Assembly: GCA_964016885.1 (NCBI GenBank)
Contig: OZ024744.1
Location: 108,438,001 to 108,502,000, forward strand
DNA from: Eledone cirrhosa
Lineage: Eukaryota
DNA length: 64,000 nucleotides
Reading direction: 5' to 3'
Both the position numbers and the translations under genes were made by a program. Below are positions 55,190 to 64,000 of this stretch, one piece after another. Within the stretch, counting starts at the first letter, position 1, and each line of letters opens with the position of its first letter. The notes under the pieces are model-generated. The model did not search any database. It saw nothing but the letters and a program-made list of their open reading frames with translations, and was not told the DNA's origin.

Positions 55190-56285
55190 ATCTCGACTCA
55201 CGTGGTGTAAGAGCGTAAGTTCTTCTTTGAACATAACTATCTTGATCACATATATGGCCTTAGTCATCCAATAAGTTCCTAGGAGCGAGAAGGAGAATTG
55301 GGGAGATAGCCAACCACCAAAATAGAGGAAGGAGAGCTTTATGAACTCAGCTTAGTGTTTTCGGGGATGATCTCCAGAAAGCAGTAGATATTCAACCATC
55401 TCCCTCATCACCATCCAGGATAGTTTGATAATGAAACATATCATTGGAGTCCCAACGCTCTTGGAACTTTTTGAACATTGGGATACTGGGACCAAATGAT
55501 GGGGAAACATCTCGAAATCTTTCTTCAAAACCAGTTCAAGAATGTGATGGCGGCAAACCAGTTGCAACTGCTTCAATTCTCGTATTGACTCCTTGGTGCA
55601 TGTCGATGTTACTGGTTGTCGTGTTGAAGGACATAGCAACTACTTTATCTTCTATTTCATGCAATCGCAACACCCAAGAGCTCCTTCTTTCCTTTTCCTG
55701 AAATTAAAACGTGTGTGCTGTATCGGGAATCCGATGGTAATAATTCTCCACCCAAGTAGAGGACTATCCAGGATCTGTCTTCAGGTGGGAAAGCGGATAA
55801 CCTCGATTTCCTGAGCCATTTTCAATAAACAGTTGAGGGGAAAACGGTGAGTTCAGACACATCATGACCACAAGACACTTCGCAATTGTGATGTAGGAAG
55901 TACTTGCTTGTCATACCGATAATATTCCCGTTCACACGAGGCAACAAGATGCGTGTCGAGAGTTGGCTTTATTCGTGGGGTTTTTGGGACAGTACTGACT
56001 TGAAGATTTCATCATAATCATCATTAATAACTGAGCACGATGACGAACTTTCAAGAGTTACTTTCTCGGACATCTTGACTTCATCCTGCTTTCTCTTTCT
56101 TACTTTCATAACATGAATTTTATTTTCTTTCTTCTGAATGGCTCTCACATGTTCTGTGAAATTAAGTCCGAAATTAAGTCCGAAATTGAGACATTCTATC
56201 TTCTGTGACTCAAGGAAAGTTTTGTCTTCAAATGGTCTTCACTTTTGTTATCAAAAATTTCCTTGAGATCACCTTTTCTTCTTCT
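55190..56285 (-). pseudogene. Highly degenerate DDE-type transposase remnant (superfamily uncertain)
   Basis: LVCRHHILELVL (CxxH-type motif) followed by WMTKAIYVIK in correct order. Confidence 0.5.
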
Positions 56286-56526
56286 TCTTATTATTATTAT
56301 TATTATTATTATTGAATGCCATGGTTGACGGAGGCTCGGCTCTGTAAGGTATAGTAATTTTTAACCGTTAAAACAATTGTAAATTGTTTAAAACTTGAAC
56401 CAAATTGTTGATAAAGACACCCTCCTCCTCGTGAGAGGGGTCTTTCTGTCCGTTATTTGGCCCTTCGGGGTTAAATAACCAGTTATTGGGGTTTTGTACC
56501 CAAAATTTCATTTTAAACAAAAAAAC

Positions 56527-58624
56527 ATGGCTACGAAAAAGAAATTTCATACGTCACTCCCACTCATTCCGTCTTCTTCTTCCTCAATCATCACTACAGC
56601 AGAGAGAAGATTGTCTCTCTCCCTCCCTTCTTTAAATGTGTCTCTCTCCCTCCCTTCTCTTTCGCAAGTGACGAAAGAAAAGAAAAGTCTCGTACAAAGC
56701 GTGCAAGGTTTCTCCACGACGACGACGACAGCGACGAAACAGGTGTGCGGGAAATACGAAAACCCAGTTCATTCGTCTGACGTCAGGAATAATAGCAGTA
56801 GCAGCCGTAATAACAACAGCAACAGTGACAATGAAAACAACAGTAGCAGCCGCAACAGCATCACCAGCAGCATAACCAACAACAGCATTAGCAGCAGCAA
56901 CACCAACAACAACCACAGCAACAGCGGCGGAGGCAGTAGTCGTAGTACCTGCAGCAACAACAAAAGTACCAGCAGCTCTGACGGCAACAACAACAGCAGA
57001 GAAAAACCAATCTCATTTGCAGGTATTGCGAAAAACTTGGAAACAATCCTCATAACAAATGAGGAATTAGAGGAAGCGAAGAAGATGGTGACAAAGAACG
57101 GACACCGAGCAATCTGCAAGGCAGCGAAAAATTTTTTCGAAACCCAAGAGCACTGTACGGTCACGTACCGTACAGTAAGTACAAAATCCCGTAGGGTGGA
57201 AAGAGCCACAGAGGCCCAAATACAAAAAGCCTTGGGGTCTGTGTGGCAGCGGAAAACGCACATCACCCGAGGCAAAAAATATGCCACCGTAGACGTACTT
57301 TTTGCCACACCCCAGGAGGCAAAGGCCCAATCAGTAGTGACCCTAAGGAGCGAGGAAATGGTGTTGGTGCCCTCCTACTGTGGGCAAAAAATTGTAAGGG
57401 TCAAACTGACCCACGTCCTCCCCCGGAATGACCCCTTCTTGGCTGGCCGCGTCTGTCCTCGTCGGAATCGAGGACAAAACAACTGTACTGCAAGTACAGA
57501 AAAAAGTAAGAGAAGATTGGGTCGGCTCCTCCATTGAGATGCTAATCCAAACCAACCAGGAGTGCATCGAAGCTATCCCGGATGTGATAGACTTCGATAA
57601 CGGCACTCAACTGCCCATAAGTGTTGAGGGCAAACGCCCGAAATGCTTTCGCTGTGGATCGAAGACTCACCTCAGGGCCTTCTGCAACGAGAAGACCCTG
57701 GAAAAGAAGAAAACCCCCCTCCTTCCGAATCCGGCTCCACGGCTACCAGCAACAGGACAAGTGGCAACCAGGAACGATAGGCCCGTGGCACCCATACCCA
57801 CTCCACGGAAATCAAAAACAGCAGCAGCAGTGGAAATACTAACAACAACAACAGCAATACCAAATGCAGCTACAACAGAGACTCCAGTGCAAACATCACC
57901 AACAACAACAAGTGAAAGAGTGGAGTTGGTACCCCTCCCCGACCTCACAGAATCAGACATGGAGTGTGAGGTGGGAGAGAGATGGCAAAAGGTCGTAAGA
58001 AGGCACAAACGCAGAAGCAGCGCATCGTCGCCTTTGAAAAGGGAGGAAAGAAATGAGAAAAGGGTAAAGTCTACTGCAAAGAGACCCACAGCAGCAACAA
58101 CACCAACACCATCACCACACACACTAGCGCCACCATCACCACCGGCGACAACCCCACCGCCAACAACACCTTCAACACCACCACCACAAGCACCAACATC
58201 GCAAACACAACAACAAAACACACACACCCAGCAACAACGACAAGAAAATAGCAGAACCACATCCCACCCCCAGAAAAACAAATGCACGGCAATAAATACA
58301 CACAACAAGAAACTAATGACTTACATAATTGAACACACAGACATTTCACAACAGGACTACATAATACCAGCACCAATCAAAACGCCAACTAACATAAGAC
58401 TGCTAAAAATAGCACAGAAACAATACACAAATATTAAAACGAAATTCCCCAACGCAGTTGGTGATTTCAGGGACCTGGGAGGAACCATCAATCGAAGAGT
58501 ATACTCAGACATTCTCTTAGAAGAGCCGACGACCAGCCGAAGGGACGATTCAACAGTCCCTTCACCAGACGATCAAGTGAAAAGGGATGTAAAAACCATC
58601 CCTCCTCTACCAAAAGTACGGTAA
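56527..58624 (+). CDS. Tx1 ORF1 (gag-like, CX2CX4HX4C knuckle CFRCGSKTHLRAFC), split by a one-base frameshift near 57420
   Basis: Track ORFs 56494-57537 and 57428-58624 join if one C is removed from ctcccccgg; sister element is continuous across this region. Confidence 0.8.
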
Positions 58625-58659
58625 GTGGTCTTTCCCATCTTTTCCACTCTATTTTAAAC

Positions 58660-61600
58660 ATGACCTCACTCAGAATAGGCAGCATAAATGCGCGTGGCTT
58701 GGGGTCGTCATGGAAGCAGGGTCACCTGCTCAACGACCTCAGGTCACTAAACATAGATGTAGTGGCCATCAGCGAGACCAGAATCTCCGAAGCACGGGCC
58801 TTCGCACCGATCTTCGGCGGCTACGATGTGTACGCATCTCCCAGCCGTCCTGGATCCGGTGGAGGAGTTGCTGTACTTTTTCGGAGAGGTTTGGATCTCG
58901 CCATACGGGCCATCTTCCTGGACCCAGAGGGTAAGCTGGTGGTGCTGGACGTGACCAGCGGAGACGGGCAAGCTTTCAGGCTAGTGGCCGTCTATGCCCC
59001 GACAGGAGCAGGGCGGCCTGATTTCTTCCGGCGTCTGGAGACCTTTCTTGGAACGTCCCGCTCTTTAGTGTTAGTGGGCGACTGGAACGGGATCTTAGAT
59101 GCACGCTGGGACTGTGTGGGATTAGCGGATAGGGGTGGAGGGTGCAAGAGCCTCACCAACCTGCTCAGGCGTTTTGAACTGTCTGACAGGTACCGATTGG
59201 ATTTCCCCAATGTGCCAATGTGGACTTGGACAAACCGCATAGGGTCATCCAGATCATATCTAGATAGAGTATTTTGTAGGGAAATAGATAGGTCTAGCAT
59301 AGGCTGTCCACAATTCAAGATAGTCAGCTACACGGACCACAAATTCGTGACCTGTGTGCTTGACTTAGATAGGCTTCATAGACGAGGACCCGGCTACTGG
59401 AAGCTAAACGCGTCCTTACCAGCGCGCAAGGCCTACAGAGACCGGATTAGCGAACTAGTTAAGCGGGCGTTGACGGGGGCCATCGTCAACAACAAGTGGT
59501 GGTTTGCTCTGAAAAGAGCGATTAGAATAGAATCGATTAGGTTTAGTAAGGCTTTAGCAATAGAGAAAAATAGAGCAGAGGGAGAACTAGTTAGAAAATT
59601 AGACGAGGCGCTTAGCAAAGGCATTGCGACCGACGTGCTTGCGGCGAAATTGGCCCTTGACCAATTCTTCAATGCAAAGCACGAAGGCTGCGTTGTCAGA
59701 GCTAGGGTGCGTGCTCTCAGACACGAGGGGACGAAAGCCGTTCAATGGGCCCGAGTGGCGGAGGCGCGTCGTGGCAACAAAGCCACGATCCGGTCTTTGG
59801 TGGACCACGACGGGCGCATGCTACTCGATCCCGGGCAAATGTGTGAAGCTTTTCAGCGACACTTCGCTCAGCTGTTCGGGGGCAACGGGGGGCCGGGTAG
59901 AGGGATGGACTTTAGTGTCTACCTCGACGGGCTGCCGCGGCTCTCGGCCACTGAGGCGAGGTGTTGCGAAAAGCCGATAACAGCCGCTGAAGTACGGGAG
60001 GCAATGACTGGCTGCACAAGGGGTAAATCGCCTGGTTTGGATGGTCTGCCCTATGAACTTTACGTACAGATGCCAGACTTGTTCGGAGGCCTCTTGGCGG
60101 ACGTCTACTGCAACTGGCAACAGAACGGGAGAATTCCCAGTTCTGTGAGCCGAGGAGCGGTGGCACTGCTGAGAAAGGATCCGAACAAGGGGGATAACAT
60201 AGACAATTTCCGGCCCATAACTCTGCTAAACACAGAGTTTAAGATTTTGGCCAAGGTGCTAGCAAAGAGGTTGGCGCTTGTCGTTGGTGGTCTGGTGGGA
60301 GAGGCGCAGACATGCGCCATTCCCGACAGATCCATCCACGACAACCTCCACCTCATGCGATACATCGTAGAGAGGGTAGCTAGGGAACCTGGCACGGGTG
60401 GGTCCTTGATCAATTTAGATCAGTCGAAAGCTTTCGATAGGGTCGACCATCGTTACCTAGCGGCAGTCCTGAGGGCGGCTGGCTTTGGGCCCGTCTTCAG
60501 AGGCTGGATCGCTGCCATGCACAGCGACATCTGCTCTGTGGTGAGAGTGAACGGTCACCTGTCGGAACCGTTCAACATCATGCGCTCGGTCCGCCAAGGA
60601 TGTCCCCTCTCGTCCCTCTTGTACGTATTGACTCTCGAGCCATTACTGCACAAACTGGAGACGTTGAGGGGAGTCCCGCGCGAACTAGGATGCGGAAGAT
60701 CCGTGTCAGCATATGCGGACGATGTCACCGTAGTGGTGTCGAACGCCAAACACATCGAGGCGATCGGCACTACACTAAGAGAATACGAAGCGGTGACAGG
60801 AGCAATGATCAACCAGGAAAAGTCAGTGGGCCTGCAGCTCGGCACCTGGAGAGGCAGGTCCATGCCGTCCAACAGCGTCGTCGGGCGCTGGACGGACGGA
60901 CCGGTTAAATTGCTAGGGGTCTGGTTCGGTCCGGACCTCCAGACGGACAAAAACTGGGACGAGGTGACGAGCAGGGTGGCTTCTCTCACCCAGAAATGGG
61001 CGGAGAGGAAGCTATCCCTGAAAGGTCGAGCGGAGGTGGCTAACGCGTACATCGCGTCTGTCATCTGCTACCGCCTAACCGTCGTACCTTGTCCTAAGCC
61101 TCGCCTGACTGCGCTGGAGCGTTTGCTCTTTCGCTTTTTGTGGAAGGGACGTGCTCCGATGGTCAGGCGGTCCATCTGTTGTCAACACCCGCTACGTGGA
61201 GGGCTGGGCATGCCGTGGCTGATGATGCGCAGGCACGCGCTCAGGCTACGACATCTCCACCTCTTCCTCGACGGTGATCAGGTGTGGTCGCCGTTTGCTA
61301 GACGCGTTTTTCCCCAGCTCGTTTCCTTGACGGAGCTGCAGTCCTGGGTCAAGCGAAGACCGAGAGGGAGCGCCTGGAGACTGGAATGTCTTCAGGCGCT
61401 CACAGCCCTCGACCAATCGGGCAATGTGATCGGTGGAAACTCCACCTCGGCGTTCTATAGAGGATTAGTGGAGGGGAAGAGCGACGACGTACTTGGGGAA
61501 ACTCTAGGCGTCGACGAAAATCAACTAGCCAATCTCTTCGGAAGAACTTTCGGGCCAGGGCCTATGGACAACTTCCAGAAATCTCTGGCCTGGCAGTGCT

Positions 61601-62079
61601 ACCGAGGAGCCTTGCCAGTTCGGGATAAACTCTACAGGCATGGAGGTGCCGTCAGCCGGGCATGTCCGAGATGCGCGCAGGGCGACGAAACCGTCCTGCA
61701 CGCACTCGTCCAGTGTCCGAAAATTGCTGACTTGTGGGTTTATGTCGAACACCTGCTGTCGCGTTTAGGACGGATCCAGCTATCATCTGAGTCTATCGTG
61801 AGGATTGCCCCGCCCTCCTCCTTTAGCCGGGAAGGGCAGGCAGTTTTTATCTGTCTGGTGGCCATGGCGAAAGAGATAGTATGGTGGACACGTTTGAAAG
61901 GGCTGAAGACGAGCACTTACCTCTTCGGTGATGCTCTGATTGACTTTTTCAAATTTCATTTGAAAAGGAAAATCAGAGTAGAGAAGGAAGTGCTCTCTTC
62001 CCAGCATTTTGTTGAAAGATGGGTGAGAGAAGCAAGAATGGCCCGAGTGAATGGGCCGACTCTGAGTATATATCTGTAA
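58660..62079 (+). CDS. Tx1/L1-clade ORF2: APE, RT, C-terminal zinc knuckle; intact 1139 aa
   Basis: INARG, ISET, GDWNG, YLDR, TDH; KSPGLDG, LDQSKAFD, QGCPLS, YADD; CPRC...HALVQC. Confidence 0.95.
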   Translation: MTSLRIGSINARGLGSSWKQGHLLNDLRSLNIDVVAISETRISEARAFAPIFGGYDVYASPSRPGSGGGVAVLFRRGLDLAIRAIFLDPEGKLVVLDVTSGDGQAFRLVAVYAPTGAGRPDFFRRLETFLGTSRSLVLVGDWNGILDARWDCVGLADRGGGCKSLTNLLRRFELSDRYRLDFPNVPMWTWTNRIGSSRSYLDRVFCREIDRSSIGCPQFKIVSYTDHKFVTCVLDLDRLHRRGPGYWKLNASLPARKAYRDRISELVKRALTGAIVNNKWWFALKRAIRIESIRFSKALAIEKNRAEGELVRKLDEALSKGIATDVLAAKLALDQFFNAKHEGCVVRARVRALRHEGTKAVQWARVAEARRGNKATIRSLVDHDGRMLLDPGQMCEAFQRHFAQLFGGNGGPGRGMDFSVYLDGLPRLSATEARCCEKPITAAEVREAMTGCTRGKSPGLDGLPYELYVQMPDLFGGLLADVYCNWQQNGRIPSSVSRGAVALLRKDPNKGDNIDNFRPITLLNTEFKILAKVLAKRLALVVGGLVGEAQTCAIPDRSIHDNLHLMRYIVERVAREPGTGGSLINLDQSKAFDRVDHRYLAAVLRAAGFGPVFRGWIAAMHSDICSVVRVNGHLSEPFNIMRSVRQGCPLSSLLYVLTLEPLLHKLETLRGVPRELGCGRSVSAYADDVTVVVSNAKHIEAIGTTLREYEAVTGAMINQEKSVGLQLGTWRGRSMPSNSVVGRWTDGPVKLLGVWFGPDLQTDKNWDEVTSRVASLTQKWAERKLSLKGRAEVANAYIASVICYRLTVVPCPKPRLTALERLLFRFLWKGRAPMVRRSICCQHPLRGGLGMPWLMMRRHALRLRHLHLFLDGDQVWSPFARRVFPQLVSLTELQSWVKRRPRGSAWRLECLQALTALDQSGNVIGGNSTSAFYRGLVEGKSDDVLGETLGVDENQLANLFGRTFGPGPMDNFQKSLAWQCYRGALPVRDKLYRHGGAVSRACPRCAQGDETVLHALVQCPKIADLWVYVEHLLSRLGRIQLSSESIVRIAPPSSFSREGQAVFICLVAMAKEIVWWTRLKGLKTSTYLFGDALIDFFKFHLKRKIRVEKEVLSSQHFVERWVREARMARVNGPTLSIYL

Positions 62080-62357
62080 ACTAAAGGTGGAAAACTGGGA
62101 GAGGGCACTTGCCTTGGTGGTCAGGGTCATTGTGGCTTTTTACTGGGCTTTCTCCACAAATGTCCCTCCGAAGTCTCCCCCCTATTGGGGAATTTTTTTT
62201 TTTTTTTTTTTTTTTCATTGTTATTTTCATTGTTATTTTTGTTACATCCTCTGTTTTTGTTTTTTTACACGCAGAAATGCCCATTTGTACCGTCCTGCAT
62301 TGTCCTGCACTGTCCTTAATGTCTACTTTATGTAAACCCTTGTGGTTAATAAAGAAA

Positions 62358-62410
<53 letters not shown>

Positions 62411-64000
62411 GGCGACCTACGTAGGAAATCGTATTATCGTGAGCTCCGCAAAGGTTTGTTATTTCCGTTTGTTTAAAAATTGCCATTTATGGAAAATTTT
62501 ATTGTAAACTGTTTATAAGCACACATACATTGTTTTCCGAAAAGGACACCCAAAAAGATTGGGGCCTTGTGCCCAAAATTTTAACTTTTATTATTATCCA
62601 AAAACTTCTTTGAAAAAAAATGGCTAATTCCCCTCTGCACGAAGCAGCTGAAAGCCTTCCTCACAAAATAACACCTCACACCGACACCACCATTGTAAAT
62701 GTTACTACGTTTGCCAACACAAAAAAAAATATAAGCAGTAGCAATATTTTAAATTTGTCTCAGGCAGACATTCATTTCCCGCCATTACCAATGACTGCAG
62801 GTGTTAAAGCCTCCACCACCACCACCACCGCGACAACCACCACCACCACCACCGCGACAACAGAAACAAAAGAAGAAAAAATAAATTAACTCGTGACGTC
62901 GAAATGAAATCAAGCAAAATGGACTCTTCCCCACCAAAGACGACTGACGTCACCACGACCACAACTGAAAATAAAATTAATATTAACGATAGCAACAACA
63001 ACAACAATGACATTATAAAACCGACCCTCAGTTTCGCCATCGTAGCAAAACAATTCGAAGCGTTCACGGTAACTCAAGAAGATTTAGAAAATGCCAAACA
63101 AATGGTAAAGAAAGATGGGTACAGGGTCAGCCTCCCCCCCCCCACCTAATAAAATGGAGCATCGGCGCCTGTGCACCGTGTCCTATAGAACAATAAATGT
63201 AAAATCGCGCCGAGTGGAACGGGCATCCGAGTCCCAAATCCAAAAAGCTTTGGGACATGTGTGGGCAAGAAAAACCCACATCAGACGTGGGCAAAAGTAT
63301 GGAACCGTGGATGTGTTCTTTGAAACACCAGAGGAGGCTAGAGAACACTCCATGGCCCCATTAAAAAGTGACGACCTCACACTCGTCCCAAGCTATTGTG
63401 GCCAGAGACTCGTAAAGATCAGGGTGACCCACGTTCCACCGGCCATCGAAATTCCCTGGCTAATAGCGGCTGTCCTCGCCGGCATCGAAGCCAACACGAA
63501 AATAATAGCAGTAGCAAAAGAAAAGCAGGAAAACTGGTCTGGATCTGGGATGGAGCTCCTGATCAAAGCGGACCAAAAAAGCATTGAGGAGATCCCAGAG
63601 GTAATAGACCTCACTGACGGCAGCCACCTCACCGTAATTGTCGAGGGCAGAAGACCTAGGTGTGTCGTTTGTGGTGAAGGAACCCACCTAAGGGCTTTCT
63701 GCCCTCAGGCTAAAAGGTTGAGGCCACCTCTCCTACCCACCCCAGTGACACAACCATCAACACCACCAGTAGCAGAGATGGCAGCAACAACTGTAGCAGC
63801 AACAACAGAAGCAACTATAACAGCAACAACCCCAGCAACAGTAGCAAAACCAACACCACCACCACCACCAGCAAAACCAACACCACCACCACCCAACGCT
63901 TCAGAACTAGCACCAGCGCCTACACCATCCACCACACCACAACCAAAACTAACGGCTGTGGAGGATTTTCCACTCCCCGACCTATCACAACTGGAGACAG
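62411..64000 (+). mobile_element. 5' part of a second, diverged Tx1 subfamily element (ORF1 from ATG 62620, frameshifted at homopolymers), runs off window
   Basis: VSYRTINVKSRRVERASESQIQKALG, PSYCGQRLVKIRVTHVPP, CVVCGEGTHLRAFC homologous to ORF1 above. Confidence 0.88.

Larger units (their letters stand above)
56314..62410 (+). mobile_element. Apparently full-length Tx1/L1-clade LINE flanked by (ATT)n
   Basis: (ATT)8 at 56290-56313, 5'UTR, ORF1, ORF2, AATAAA at 62348, (ATT)17 at 62360-62410. Confidence 0.92.

Noticed and set aside
57410-57435. Programmed frameshift in Tx1 ORF1
   Set aside because: Single extra C in a homopolymer; sister element is continuous here and has its own breaks at other homopolymers, so mutation or sequencing error is more likely

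Overview
AT-rich, microsatellite-saturated eukaryotic repeat region with no recognisable host protein-coding exon; the SINE and LINE content suggests a coleoid cephalopod, probably an octopod (inference from recalled repeat families). Autonomous-type elements: a Penelope-like element (PLE; RT plus C-terminal GIY-YIG) in partial-tandem, 5'-inverted arrangement (1-6283), an apparently full-length Tx1/L1-clade LINE flanked by (ATT)n with a sister element directly behind it (56314-64000), a 5'-truncated RTE with an open ORF and internal PHD-like finger (51481-54680). Degraded RTEX-like, Tx1, CRE, hAT and other DDE remnants, a non-autonomous Helitron, two tRNA-derived SINE families and two satellite arrays are also present. 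The most striking hidden layer is invisible to the ORF track: about 20 type-I hammerhead ribozyme (HHR) motifs of roughly 8 sequence families within the first 44 kb. Most sit in short non-coding, (TA)n-anchored, terminally redundant or inverted-duplicated mini-elements (retrozyme or non-autonomous PLE-like), including a 595-nt unit bounded by two HHRs carrying the compensatory U3-A8 core variant. All structures were read by eye; none was folded computationally or tested.
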